Program-made: the position numbers and the translations under genes
Assembly: GCA_963826115.1 (NCBI GenBank)
Contig: CAWGVS010000010.1
Coordinates: 128,001-192,000 of the forward strand
Direction of reading: 5' to 3'
Origin: an uncultured Candidatus Rokubacteria bacterium
Lineage (GTDB): Bacteria; Methylomirabilota; Methylomirabilia; Rokubacteriales; DASRDR01
Length of the DNA stretch: 64,000 bases
Notes under the pieces: generated by a model
Databases searched by the model: none
Told to the model about the DNA's origin: nothing
The model's input: only the letters and a program-made list of their open reading frames with translations
Shown here: one piece after another, positions 49,898 to 59,938 of the stretch
Layout of the letters: each line of letters starts with the position of its first letter
Position numbering within the stretch: the stretch's first letter is position 1

Positions 49898-52171
49898 ATG
49901 CCGGAGGGGCCGTCTCTCAGCAGGTCTTCACCACGGGCGCGTCGAGCCCTCGGCCGCCCGCCGTTCTCGCTCGCGCTGATCGGCCTGGTCACGCTCCTGA
50001 CCGCGGTGACCGGCGCCACGCTCGGAGCGCTGGCGTGGCGGGAAAAGCTCACCGGCTCGCGCGCCCTCGTGGACGGTGCGATGGCGCAGGCCGCGCGCAT
50101 GACCGCCGATCACGCGGCCGCGTTCGTCCGCCATGCCGAGAGCACCGTCCGGCTGGGTCCCTCGCTGGTCGCGCGGGGCCTCCTGGATCCGGACGACTTC
50201 CGGGCGCTGGGCGAGTTCGCGCTCGGCGTGCTGAAGGCAACGCCCCAGCTCGCCTGGGTCAGCTACGGCGACCGCGCGGACCGCTTCGTCGGCGCCTGGA
50301 CCGACGGCGCGGACCAGTTCTACCTGAACCGGAGCTTCCCCCGGAGCGGCCGGATCCGGCTCGAAGAGGACCGCATCCTGCCTGGCGGCCGCCGGGAGCG
50401 CGTGCGTGAGCTGGACGACCACCGCTACCGTCCCCGCGAGCAGGCCTTCTACCGCCTGGCCGAGGCGCGGCGCGGCATCGTGTGGACCGAGCCCTACCGC
50501 TTCTACGACGGGGGGCTCGGGGTCACGTGCGCGATGCCGCTCATGGACGGGACCGGCGCGGTGCGCGGGGTCTTCACGGTCGATCTCTCCCTGGACGGTC
50601 TGTCGCGCTTCGTGGACGACCTCCACGTGTCGCCGCGCGGGCGGGTGTTCATCGCCACCGGCGACGGACAGCTCGTCGCCGCGCCGAGCGGCGTCGACGC
50701 CGCCGGCATGGCGACGCGGGAGGACGCGGCGCTCGTCGGCGAGGTCGTGAGGGAGCTCCGCGCGAGCGTGGCGACGGGCCACTCGTTCCAGCGCGACGGC
50801 GAGCGCTACCTCGGCCGGGCGGCGGCGTTTCCGGTCGGCGACCGGCAGTGGATCACGGCGGTCGTGGTACCCGAGCGCGACTTCACCGCGGCCATCGAGG
50901 CCCAGACGTGGCGGGCAGCGGGGCTCGGCCTGCTCGCCCTCGTCCTCGCGCTGGCCGGCGGCGTCTTCCTCGCCCGGTGGATCTCCGAGCCGCTCCGCGA
51001 GCTCGGCGCCCAGGCGCGCCGGATCCGCGCGGGCGACCTCGACGTCGGCATCGTGCCCCGGAGCCGCGACGAGATCGGCACGCTCGCCCGCACCATGGCC
51101 GAGATGGTCCAGGGTCTCCGCGACCGCGACTTCATCCGGGACGTCCTGGGGCGCTACGTCAGCCCCGAGCTGGCGGAGCAGGCCGTGCGGGACCGCGGGA
51201 CCCTGCGCCTCGGCGGCGAGATCCGGACGGTCTCCATCCTGATGTCGGACCTCCGCGGCTTCTCCGGCCTCTCCGAGCGCCTCGGCCCCGAGCGGATGAT
51301 CGGCCTCCTGAACCGCTACCTCGGGAGCATGACGCCCGTGATCCTCCGGCACGGCGGGACGATCAACGAGTTCATCGGCGACGCGATCCTGGTCCTGTTC
51401 GGCGCTCCGTTCGAGCGCCCCGACGACGCGGAGCGGGCGGTGCGCTGCGCCTGGGCGATGCAGCGCGCGATGGCCGGGTTCAACGCCGAGAGCCGGAGCC
51501 AGGGGCTCCCGCCGCTGGTGATGGGCATCGCGGTGCACTCGGGGCGGGTCGTGGCCGGAAACATCGGGAGCCAGGACCACATGAAGTACGGGGTCGTGGG
51601 GCCGCCGGTCAACGTCACGGGCCGCATCGAGGCGCTCACGGTCGGCCCGCAGGTGCTCGTGTCGGAGTCGACGCTCGAGCGCGTTCGCCACCTCGTCAGC
51701 GTCGGGCCCGGGACCGCGGTGGCGGTGAAGGGCGTGCCGGAGCCCGTGGTCGTCTACGAGCTCCAAGGCGTGGTCGGAGAGGAAGGTCTCGACGGGTCCG
51801 GCGACAATGCGCTCGCGCCCGTCGATCTGCCGGCGACCGCGCGGGTCGTGGACGAGACCAAGCGCGTCGACGAGGCGGCGCACGCGGTCCGCGTGACGCG
51901 CATCGGCCGCGAAGCGGTGGAGCTCGTCACGCGCGCGCCGCTCCCGCCGAGCCGACCCGACCTCCTGCTCGCCGTCGACTTCGGGGACGGTGCCTCCCCG
52001 GGCGGGAGCTACGTCCGCGTGGCGGCGCGGGAGCCCGCGGACCCCCTCGACCCGGCCGCCCTCCGGATCCGCGCCGTGTTCACGTCGCTCGCCGAGTCGG
52101 ACCGCGCCCACATCGACCGCCTGGTCGCCGCCCTGCCGGCCGGGAGCGGTCCGGAACCCGTCCTGGCCTAG
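49898..52171 (+). CDS. Class III nucleotidyl cyclase (Cache-HAMP-cyclase)
   Basis: Two TMs, WTEPY, DEIGTLA, MSDLRGFS, INEFIGDA, GNIGS, KYGVVG..VN..GRIE. Confidence 0.92.
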   Translation: MPEGPSLSRSSPRARRALGRPPFSLALIGLVTLLTAVTGATLGALAWREKLTGSRALVDGAMAQAARMTADHAAAFVRHAESTVRLGPSLVARGLLDPDDFRALGEFALGVLKATPQLAWVSYGDRADRFVGAWTDGADQFYLNRSFPRSGRIRLEEDRILPGGRRERVRELDDHRYRPREQAFYRLAEARRGIVWTEPYRFYDGGLGVTCAMPLMDGTGAVRGVFTVDLSLDGLSRFVDDLHVSPRGRVFIATGDGQLVAAPSGVDAAGMATREDAALVGEVVRELRASVATGHSFQRDGERYLGRAAAFPVGDRQWITAVVVPERDFTAAIEAQTWRAAGLGLLALVLALAGGVFLARWISEPLRELGAQARRIRAGDLDVGIVPRSRDEIGTLARTMAEMVQGLRDRDFIRDVLGRYVSPELAEQAVRDRGTLRLGGEIRTVSILMSDLRGFSGLSERLGPERMIGLLNRYLGSMTPVILRHGGTINEFIGDAILVLFGAPFERPDDAERAVRCAWAMQRAMAGFNAESRSQGLPPLVMGIAVHSGRVVAGNIGSQDHMKYGVVGPPVNVTGRIEALTVGPQVLVSESTLERVRHLVSVGPGTAVAVKGVPEPVVVYELQGVVGEEGLDGSGDNALAPVDLPATARVVDETKRVDEAAHAVRVTRIGREAVELVTRAPLPPSRPDLLLAVDFGDGASPGGSYVRVAAREPADPLDPAALRIRAVFTSLAESDRAHIDRLVAALPAGSGPEPVLA

Positions 52172-52189
52172 CCGTTCCTCACCGCGACG

Positions 52190-52205
52190 CGGCGGCGCGA
52201 TTGCA
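52190..52205 (+). promoter_or_regulatory. Possible sigma54 promoter for the MscS gene
   Basis: CGGCGGCGCGATTGCA, GG-N10-GC; strong -12, weaker -24. Confidence 0.4.
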
Positions 52206-52269
52206 GTAGGATGGCCGGGCCGGATCGCCGCCCCGGCGGGCGTGTCGATCGCGGTCCAGGAGGGTACCG

Positions 52270-54501
52270 ATGAAGGCAGGCCGCTGGTGGGCCGGGCTCG
52301 TGACCGGGATCGCGCTGATGGCGATCCTACCCTCGATCACGGCCGCCGCGTCGAAGTCCGGCGGTGGCTCGGACAAGGCCGTCGAGCTGCCCGAGCCGCT
52401 CACGCGGGACGCGATCCGGGAGCTGGTGGCGCGCTTGAGCGACGAGGAGGTCCGCGCCCTCCTCCTGACCCAGCTCGACAAGGTCGCCGCGCCCGGCGCC
52501 GCCAAGCCCCCGCCCGGCTCGATGGCCGCCGGCCTTGCCGACGATGTCGACCGCGCGCGGACGGAGCTCGGGGCCATGCTCCGGGCCGTGCCGAGCGTCC
52601 CGGCCGAGCTCGCGGCCGCTGTCGGCCGATTCTCCGAAGGGCGCTCGTCGTATCACCTGCTGGTCGTCGTCCTGGGCTTCGCCCTCATGCTGGTCGTCGG
52701 CTTCGTCGCGGAGTGGGTGGCCCGGCGCCTCCTGACCGGGATCGGCAGCCGAGTCGAGCGTGCACGCGAGCATGCCCACGACGCCAACGGCGGCCACGTC
52801 GTGATGCGGGTGCTCATGGAGATCTTCCTCCTGGGCGTCTTCGCCGTGGCCGCCGCGGGAACGTTCCTGTTCTTCTATCAGGGCCACGTGGCGAGCCGCG
52901 AGCTGATCGTGCACCTGTTTCTGGCGACCCTCCAGGCCCGAGTGGCGATCCTCATCGCGCGCTTCCTGCTGGCGCCGCACGCGCCAGCCTCGCGGGCGTT
53001 GCCCTTCGACGACGCGTCGGCGCGGACGCTCTACCGCGGGGTCGTGAGCCTCGCGTGGCTCTTCGTCGTGCTCGACGTGCTCGTGGGCTTCATGGTCCAC
53101 TGGCAGGTGCCACGGGCGCCCTACCTCGTCGTCTCGTCCCTCGGACGCATCCTGTTCGTCGTGCTCTTCCTCCGCCTGGTGTGGGGCCTCGTCCGGCCGA
53201 TCGCCGCGATGATCCGGGGCAACGGGGCGAGCAGCATCCGCCGGATACTGGCCGACCTGTGGCCGGTCCTCATGACCGTGTACGTGCTGGGCCTCCTGGT
53301 CGCCCTGACGATCGAGGAGCTGTCCGGCCGGTCGCGCACCGGTCGTGCCGGCCTCCTGAGCCTTCTCGTCGTGATCGTGCTCCCGCTCGTCGACATGGCG
53401 CTCTGCCGGCTGCTCGACCGGCGGGAGGGGACGAGCGTCTCGGGCGCACGGGCCAGCTTCGGACCGGTCATCCGGAAGGGCGTGCACATCCTGGTCACGG
53501 TCGCCGGCCTGCTTCTGATCGTCGAACTCTGGGACATCGACCTGATGGACCTGGCCAGCCGGGGCTTCGGGGCGCGCATAGCCGGCGTCGTGGTCAACAT
53601 CGGCCTGACCGTCATGCTCGCGTACCTGGCCTGGCAGCTCGCCAAGACGGCCATCGACCGGCGGCTCGAGCGCGAGGCGGCACCCAAGGCGGCGAGCGAG
53701 CCAGGCGAGATCGGCGGGACCGGCGCGTCGCGGCTCAAGACCCTCCTGCCGCTCGCGCGCGGGACCATCTTCGCGGTGCTCTGCGTCATGAGCGTGCTGA
53801 CCATTCTGGCCGCGTTCGGCGTGAACATCGGGCCGCTTCTGGCGGGCGCGGGCGTGGTGGGCCTGGCGGTGGGCTTCGGCGCCCAGACGCTCGTCCGGGA
53901 CATCATCTCGGGCGCCTTCTACCTGATGGACGACGCCTTCCGGATCGGCGAGTACATCGACGTCGGCGAGGCCAAGGGCACGGTCGAGAGGATCGGGATC
54001 CGCTCGATGCACCTCCGCCACCACCGGGGGCCGATCAACGTGGTCCCGTACGGCTCGATCCGCCGCATGACGAACCAGAGCCGCGACTGGGTCGTGGAGA
54101 AGCTCGAATTCCGGCTGACCTACGACACCGACATGGCGAAGGTGAAGAAGATCATCAAGCGGATCGGCCAGGAGCTGCAGGCCGACCCCACGCTCGGCCC
54201 CAACATCCTCCAGCCGCTGAAATCGCAGGGCGTCCTCGCGATGGAGGACAGCGCGCTCCTCGTCAAGGCGAAGTTCACCGCAAAGCCCGGCGAGCAGTTC
54301 GTCATCCGGCGCGAGGCGTACCAGCGGATCAAGCAGGCGTTCGACGAGGCCGGCATCCACTTCGCGCACCGGCAGGTCACGGTCTTCGTGCCGCCAGGCG
54401 AGGGCGGCGCGGGCGGCGCGGCCGCGGCCGCCGCCGCTGCGGCCGGCGGCGCGGTCGCGCCCGCGCTGGGGGTCGAGGCGGCCGAGGACAAGCCCGTCTG
54501 A
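52270..54501 (+). CDS. MscS-family mechanosensitive channel with extended TM region
   Basis: PLLAGAGVVGLAVGFGAQTLVRDIISG, FRIGEYI, GTVERIGIRS, VPYGSI. Confidence 0.93.
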   Translation: MKAGRWWAGLVTGIALMAILPSITAAASKSGGGSDKAVELPEPLTRDAIRELVARLSDEEVRALLLTQLDKVAAPGAAKPPPGSMAAGLADDVDRARTELGAMLRAVPSVPAELAAAVGRFSEGRSSYHLLVVVLGFALMLVVGFVAEWVARRLLTGIGSRVERAREHAHDANGGHVVMRVLMEIFLLGVFAVAAAGTFLFFYQGHVASRELIVHLFLATLQARVAILIARFLLAPHAPASRALPFDDASARTLYRGVVSLAWLFVVLDVLVGFMVHWQVPRAPYLVVSSLGRILFVVLFLRLVWGLVRPIAAMIRGNGASSIRRILADLWPVLMTVYVLGLLVALTIEELSGRSRTGRAGLLSLLVVIVLPLVDMALCRLLDRREGTSVSGARASFGPVIRKGVHILVTVAGLLLIVELWDIDLMDLASRGFGARIAGVVVNIGLTVMLAYLAWQLAKTAIDRRLEREAAPKAASEPGEIGGTGASRLKTLLPLARGTIFAVLCVMSVLTILAAFGVNIGPLLAGAGVVGLAVGFGAQTLVRDIISGAFYLMDDAFRIGEYIDVGEAKGTVERIGIRSMHLRHHRGPINVVPYGSIRRMTNQSRDWVVEKLEFRLTYDTDMAKVKKIIKRIGQELQADPTLGPNILQPLKSQGVLAMEDSALLVKAKFTAKPGEQFVIRREAYQRIKQAFDEAGIHFAHRQVTVFVPPGEGGAGGAAAAAAAAAGGAVAPALGVEAAEDKPV

Positions 54502-54860
54502 GAGCCTTCCGCGCCGCGACCGGTGTCATGGCGGCGCTGTTCCTGTTCGCCGCCGCCGTCCAGTACAACGACCCGGACCCGCTGCGGTGGATGGGGATCT
54601 ACGGCGTGGCCGCGCTCGCCTGCCTCCTGTCGCTGGCCGGCCGGCTGCCGCGATGGATGCCCGTGCTGGTTGGTATGGTCGCCCTCGCGTGGGCCGGCAC
54701 TCTCGCCCCCGGCGTCGGGCGAGTGTCGATCGGCGAGATCTTCCAGTTGTACGGGATGCTGAGCGAGCCGGTCGAGGAGGCCCGCGAGATGGGCGGTCTC
54801 CTCATCGTGGCCACGTGGATGGGCGCGCTCCGGCTCGCGGGCGTGCGTCCGGCGCGGTAG
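54498..54860 (+). CDS. Transmembrane-220 family protein (CTG start at 54498 or ATG at 54528)
   Basis: AAAVQYNDPDPLRWMGIYG, VEEAREMGGL. Confidence 0.82.
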   Translation: MRAFRAATGVMAALFLFAAAVQYNDPDPLRWMGIYGVAALACLLSLAGRLPRWMPVLVGMVALAWAGTLAPGVGRVSIGEIFQLYGMLSEPVEEAREMGGLLIVATWMGALRLAGVRPAR

Positions 54861-55057
54861 GCATCGCGCCGTCCCGCCGTCCGCGCCCACGCCCGCCGCG
54901 TCGCTCCGCGCCACCGGCCGGCCCCGGCCACGACGTCGCCGACCGCGGGCGCGGGGAGATCAGCCTCGTCGCCGGAGTAGCACGGTCCCGCGCCCGCAGC
55001 GCCCTCGGGGGGAATTCCTGCCTGCCCCGGCTCTCGCGCGACCCATAATCGAGCCGG

Positions 55058-57160
55058 ATGAAGGTCCTGGTCGCGCTCGCGACGGCGCTGGCGCTGGGTC
55101 TGGCGGCCGAGTGCGACGCCGCGTCATGGTGGCCCGGGTCGGCTGCGGCCGCCGTCGCCGCTGTCGCCGCCGACTCCGCCGCGCCCGAGACCGCGAGGGG
55201 CGACCTCCCGGCGATCCGGAAGGCCGGCGCCCTCCGCCTGATCGTCACCGGTCCCGACAGCCTCCAGCGCGCGAACGACCCGAAGCGCGAGGAGCAGGCG
55301 CTCGCCGCGGCGTTCGCCCGGAAGCTCGGCCTCCGCGTCGTGCCCGTCGTGGTCTCGGACCGGAGCCAGCTGATCCCCGCGCTCCGGGCCGGCCGCGGCG
55401 ACGTCATCGTCGGCTCGCTCGCGATCACGCCGGAGCGCGCGGAGGAGATCGCGTTCACCCGGCCCGTCCGCTTCGTGGCCCAGGAGGTCGTGGTCCCGAA
55501 GTCGGACCGGAGCGTGAAGAAGCCGGCCGACCTCGCCGGCAAGACCGTGACGGTCCGCGCGTCGAGCTCCTACGCCTCGACGCTCGCCCGCCTCCAGGCC
55601 CGGGTGAAAGGGTTCGAGATCAAGACGGCCCGCGAGACGGAGGACACCTTCGACCTGATCCAGAAGGTGGCGCGCGGGGAGGAGGCCGTCACGGTGGCGG
55701 ACTCCGACATCCTCGCCGCGGCGCTCACGTTCGAGCCGGGCGTGAAGGCCGCGTTCGCCCTCGCCGAGCGCGACCTGATCGCCTGGGGGGTCCGCAAGGA
55801 GAACCCCGCGCTCAAGGCCGCCCTCGACGCCTTCCTCGTGGAGCGGGCGCTCACCGGCTACAAGGACCGCGCGGTCCGGGCGGATCTCGACGCGATCCGG
55901 AAGCGCGGCGTGCTCCGGGTGCTGACGCGCAACTCGAGCACGACGTACTTTCTCCACCGTGGCGAGGAGCTGGGCTTCGAGTACGAGCTGGTGCGGGAGT
56001 TCGCGCGGACGCTCGGGGTGCGCCTCGAGCTCGTGATCCCGCCGTCCCGCGACGCTCTGCTCACCTACCTCCGGGAAGGCAAGGGAGACCTGGTCGCCGC
56101 GGGGCTTGCCTCCACCCCCGAGCGGCGCCAGGAGTTCGCCTTCAGCGCGCCCTACAACCGGGTCAGCGAGCTCCTGGTCGTGCCGGTGACGGACAAGACG
56201 ACGCGGAGCCTGGCCGATCTCCGGGGGAAGAAGATCGCGATCCGCCGGTCGTCGAGCTACTACCAGTCGCTCGCGCCGCTCCAGGCGCAGCACGGATTCG
56301 AGCTGGAGCTGGTGCCCGAGGACGTGGAGACCGAGGACATCCTGGACGCGGTGGGCGAGGGGAAGCATCCGGCCACGGTCGCCGACTCGAACATCGTCGA
56401 CGTCGAGCTGACATACAGCGACGCGGTGCGCGGCGCGGGCCCGATCGGGGAGCCCCGGGACATCGCCTGGATGCTCCGGAAGGACCAGCCGCAGCTCAGG
56501 GCGGCGGCCGACCGGTTCATCCGGCGCATCTACCGGAGCACGTTCTACAACATGACCGTGACCAAGTACTTCCGGAACACGCGGCAGATGCGGGACGCGG
56601 CGAGCGAGAAGCGATCGGACCGGGCCGGCCAGCTGTCCCCCTACGACCCGCTGGTGAAGAAGTACGCGCAGATGTACGAGTTCGACTGGCGGCTCGTCAC
56701 CTCCCAGATGTACCAGGAGTCGCGCTTCGACCCGCGCGTCCGGAGCTGGGCCGGAGCGCTCGGGCTCATGCAGGTCATGCCGCGGACGGCCCGCGAGCTC
56801 GACGTCGGGGACGTGCGGAAGCCCGAGACCGGGATTCACGCCGGTGTGAAGCTCCTCGCGCGGTACGCCGCGATGTACCGGGACCCGGAGATCGCCGAGC
56901 CGGATCGCCTCCGGTTCACGCTCGCCGCCTACAACTGCGGGCCCGGTCACGTGGCCGACGGCCGTCGGGTCGCGGCGGACCTCAAGCTCGACCCGAACCG
57001 CTGGTTTGGCCACGTGGAGAAGGCGATGCCGCTGCTGGCGAAGCCCAGGTTCGCGCGGGCCGCGCGGTACGGCTACTGCCGCTGCGGGGAGCCCGTGAAG
57101 TACGTGAGCGAGATCCAGGCCCGCTACGACTCGTACTCGAGCCTGATCGCGCTCCGCTGA
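55058..57160 (+). CDS. mltF: MltF-like lytic transglycosylase with two SBP domains and an SLT domain
   Basis: Two SBP_bac_3-like repeats (GDLPAIRKAGALR; DLDAIRKRGVLRV..GFEYEL); YQESRFDP, GLMQVMP, AAYNCG. Confidence 0.88.
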   Translation: MKVLVALATALALGLAAECDAASWWPGSAAAAVAAVAADSAAPETARGDLPAIRKAGALRLIVTGPDSLQRANDPKREEQALAAAFARKLGLRVVPVVVSDRSQLIPALRAGRGDVIVGSLAITPERAEEIAFTRPVRFVAQEVVVPKSDRSVKKPADLAGKTVTVRASSSYASTLARLQARVKGFEIKTARETEDTFDLIQKVARGEEAVTVADSDILAAALTFEPGVKAAFALAERDLIAWGVRKENPALKAALDAFLVERALTGYKDRAVRADLDAIRKRGVLRVLTRNSSTTYFLHRGEELGFEYELVREFARTLGVRLELVIPPSRDALLTYLREGKGDLVAAGLASTPERRQEFAFSAPYNRVSELLVVPVTDKTTRSLADLRGKKIAIRRSSSYYQSLAPLQAQHGFELELVPEDVETEDILDAVGEGKHPATVADSNIVDVELTYSDAVRGAGPIGEPRDIAWMLRKDQPQLRAAADRFIRRIYRSTFYNMTVTKYFRNTRQMRDAASEKRSDRAGQLSPYDPLVKKYAQMYEFDWRLVTSQMYQESRFDPRVRSWAGALGLMQVMPRTARELDVGDVRKPETGIHAGVKLLARYAAMYRDPEIAEPDRLRFTLAAYNCGPGHVADGRRVAADLKLDPNRWFGHVEKAMPLLAKPRFARAARYGYCRCGEPVKYVSEIQARYDSYSSLIALR

Positions 57161-57204
57161 GAACCGCGCGCGCGGGGCGCGCCCCGCGTCGGGAGACGTG
57201 ACGG

Positions 57205-57981
57205 ATGTTCCCCTACCGGGACGAGAACGAGACGATCCGCACCCCCTACGTCACCTTCGTCCTGATCGCGCTCAACCTCGGCGCCTGGCTCCTGATCCAG
57301 GGCGCCGGCTCGCCGCTGGCGCTGGCCACGTCCATCTGCGACCGCGGCCTGATCCCCGGCGAGCTCACGCTGAGCCTGCCGCCGGGGACGAGCTTCCCCA
57401 TGGGTGCCGGAGTGACGTGCCTCACCGACCCGGGCCGTCAGATCGCGAACGTCTTCACGTCCATGTTCCTCCACGGCTCGTGGATGCACGTCCTCGGGAA
57501 CATGTGGTTCCTGTGGATCTTCGGGAACAACGTGGAGGACGCGATGGGCCGCTTCCGGTTCGTCGTCTTCTACCTCCTGACCGGCGCGGCCGCCGCCTTC
57601 ACCCAGGTCTTCCTGACCCCGGCCTCGCCGGTCCCGATGGTCGGCGCCTCGGGCGCGATCAGCGGCGTGATGGGCGCCTACATCGTGCTGTACCCGAACG
57701 TGCGCGTCTTCATGCTGATCCCGCTCGGGTTCATCATCACGTCGATGGCCTGGCCGGCCTGGATGATGCTCGGTTACTGGCTCCTCCTCCAGTTCGTGAG
57801 CGGCCTGACCGTGACCGTGACGGGACAGGAGGGCGGCGTCGCCTTCTGGGCGCACTTCGGCGGCTTCGTGGCCGGGGTCGTCCTGATCAAGCTTTTCGCG
57901 CGCGCGGACTACCTGGCCGAGCACCAGGCGCGCCGGTGGCGCCCGCAGCGGCTCGGCTTCGGCTCCTCGCGAGACGACTGA
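57205..57981 (+). CDS. Rhomboid-family intramembrane serine protease
   Basis: TSMFLHGSWMHVLGNM, VGASGAISG, AHFGGF. Confidence 0.94.
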   Translation: MFPYRDENETIRTPYVTFVLIALNLGAWLLIQGAGSPLALATSICDRGLIPGELTLSLPPGTSFPMGAGVTCLTDPGRQIANVFTSMFLHGSWMHVLGNMWFLWIFGNNVEDAMGRFRFVVFYLLTGAAAAFTQVFLTPASPVPMVGASGAISGVMGAYIVLYPNVRVFMLIPLGFIITSMAWPAWMMLGYWLLLQFVSGLTVTVTGQEGGVAFWAHFGGFVAGVVLIKLFARADYLAEHQARRWRPQRLGFGSSRDD

Positions 57982-58072
57982 TCGCGACGCTCCCTTGCGA
58001 CATGCGCGCGCCGCGTTGACGGTCCGCGCAGGCGGCGCTAGACTTCTGTCGTTGCGAGCCCAGGAGCGATCG

Positions 58073-58708
58073 ATGACGAGAGTTCGACCCGCACGGATCG
58101 TGGTGCCCGGTCTCGCGGCCCTCGTCCTCCTGGTCGGGCTCGCCTCCTGCAGCGGCACGCGGCTCAGCGACGTCTGGCGGGATCCGGCGTTCTCCGGCGG
58201 CCCCTTCCGCTCGGTGGCGGTGTTCGTGCTCGGCGCGGACCCGGCCATCCGGCACCTCGTCGAGGACGAGTTCGCGCGTCGCCTTCCCATGAATACCCGG
58301 GGGATCGCCAGCTACGGCATCGTCCCGGAGGCGGAGCAGGGCGACTTCGAGAAGGCGCGGGCGCGCGTCCGCGCCGGCGGGTTCGACGGGGTGGTCATCG
58401 GGCGCCTCATCGGCGTGGAGGGCTCGGTCCCCTGGGCGAGCGGCAGCCTCCAGCAGGTACCGATCTCGTACCGGACGCTCTCGAACTACTACGTCGATTC
58501 CTACCAGGAGGCCGAGCGCGCCAGCGCGCTCCGCGCCCCCACGGTGGTGAGAGTCCAGACGAACGTGTACGCCGTCGCCACCGAGGCCCTCGTCTGGTCG
58601 GCCGCGAGCCGCACCTTCGATCCAGCGGCGACCCGCGACGTGGCCGGCGACCTGGCCAAGGTCGTCGTCGCGGAGCTCCAGCGGATCGGCGTCCTGGCGG
58701 CGGAGTGA
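58073..58708 (+). CDS. Hypothetical lipoprotein (DUF4136-like)
   Basis: AGGAG RBS; LASC lipobox; VWRDP, EDEFARRL, LVWSAAS. Confidence 0.72.
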   Translation: MTRVRPARIVVPGLAALVLLVGLASCSGTRLSDVWRDPAFSGGPFRSVAVFVLGADPAIRHLVEDEFARRLPMNTRGIASYGIVPEAEQGDFEKARARVRAGGFDGVVIGRLIGVEGSVPWASGSLQQVPISYRTLSNYYVDSYQEAERASALRAPTVVRVQTNVYAVATEALVWSAASRTFDPAATRDVAGDLAKVVVAELQRIGVLAAE

Positions 58709-58718
58709 AAGGATCGCA

Positions 58719-59426
58719 ATGATGCGACGGAGACAGGCGGTCCGGATCGTGGCGGTGGCGCTCGGCGCCGCGCTTTTCCTCCCGACGCTCGCGGCGGTGC
58801 GGCCCGCGTGGGCCGACGACGCGCTCGAGGCCCGGCAGCTGGTCGAGCGCTCGGTCCTCACGGTCGAGAGCTTCGCGGCCGACCCGAACTACCAGGGCAC
58901 CTGGCGGGACCTCATGAAGGAGGCGAAGGGCATCCTGATCTCACCCTCGGTCGTGAAGGCCGGGTTCATCTTCGGGGGATCGGGCGGCAGTCTCACGTTC
59001 CTCACCCGCGACGGCAAGGGCGGGTGGAACGGCCCGGCCTTCTACACGGTCGGCGGGATGAGCTTCGGGCTCCTGGCCGGCGCCGAGGCGGCCGAGCTGG
59101 TGATGGTGGTCCGGACCGAGCGCGGGGTGACGCGGCTTCTCAGCTCGAGCGCGAAGCTCGGCGGCGACCTGAGTGTCGCGGCCGGGCCGGTCGGCGCCGG
59201 CGTCGGGGCGGCCGGGCTCACCGCGGACCTCATCATCCTCTCCCGCGCGAAGGGGCTCTACGGCGGCATCTCTCTCGAGGGGTCGGTCCTGGCGGTGCGC
59301 GACGGCTACAACCAGGCCTACTACGGCAAGGCGGTCACGCCGTCCGACATCCTGATCAAGGGCGCCGTCAAGAACCCCGAATCGAGCCGCCTCATCGACA
59401 TGATGAAGAAGCTCGCCGGTCCGTGA
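58719..59426 (+). CDS. SYLF (Ysc84) lipid-binding domain protein
   Basis: AKGILI.P...KAGFIFGGSGG, WNGPAF, SFGLLAGAE, AAGPVG, SRAKGLYGGISLEG. Confidence 0.92.
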   Translation: MMRRRQAVRIVAVALGAALFLPTLAAVRPAWADDALEARQLVERSVLTVESFAADPNYQGTWRDLMKEAKGILISPSVVKAGFIFGGSGGSLTFLTRDGKGGWNGPAFYTVGGMSFGLLAGAEAAELVMVVRTERGVTRLLSSSAKLGGDLSVAAGPVGAGVGAAGLTADLIILSRAKGLYGGISLEGSVLAVRDGYNQAYYGKAVTPSDILIKGAVKNPESSRLIDMMKKLAGP

Positions 59427-59448
59427 CGAGACCGGGGCCCCGGACCTG

Positions 59449-59934
59449 ATGCGCCGTGTCGCCGTCGCGGTCCTGATCGTCGCGGTCGTGCTGGCCGCCA
59501 TCGTCCCGTCCGCCCAGGCGTGCGGCGAGTGCGTGGCGCTCGGCGTGGTCTCGTTCCTGGCGTTCGCCGGAATCGTGGCCGCCGCGACGGCGCCGCCCGT
59601 CGTGTACGCGGCGCCCGCGTACTACGCCGCGCCCTGGTCGTACCCGGGCGCCTACGCCCCCGCGGGCGCCTATCCGCCCGCGTACTATTACGGCGGCTAT
59701 TCCCCCCCGCGCTACTACTACCCCGCCGCGTACCCGTCCGCGTACGTCGCCGCCCCGCCCGCCGTCTGGACCGGGCCCCGCGTGGTCCAGTACGCTCACG
59801 GCCGTTACGAGCTGCGGGGCGACGGCGTGCGCGCGCCCTGGGCGTGGGTCTGGATCCCGAACGGGCCGCCCGCGCCGCCCGTTCCCGCGAACCTGGACGG
59901 GCCGGAGGGGAGCGGCGCCGCCCGCGAGCGCTGA
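59449..59934 (+). CDS. Exported Pro/Tyr-rich hypothetical protein
   Basis: Signal peptide; YAAP/YPPAYY low-complexity stretch; VVQYAHGRYELRGDG...WVWIPN. Confidence 0.75.
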   Translation: MRRVAVAVLIVAVVLAAIVPSAQACGECVALGVVSFLAFAGIVAAATAPPVVYAAPAYYAAPWSYPGAYAPAGAYPPAYYYGGYSPPRYYYPAAYPSAYVAAPPAVWTGPRVVQYAHGRYELRGDGVRAPWAWVWIPNGPPAPPVPANLDGPEGSGAARER

Positions 59935-59938
59935 CCGG

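Noticed and set aside
54402-54460. Gly/Ala GCC-rich tract at the end of MscS as a repeat element
   Set aside because: Ordinary low-complexity C-terminal tail with mixed codons
51990-54860. 956-aa ORF and other long Arg/Pro/Gly-rich ORFs (e.g. 55111-57201, 49928-52111, 44956-46890, 12598-14424)
   Set aside because: Shadow or antisense frames of real genes, expected at this GC; only the last about 120 codons of 51990-54860 look coding
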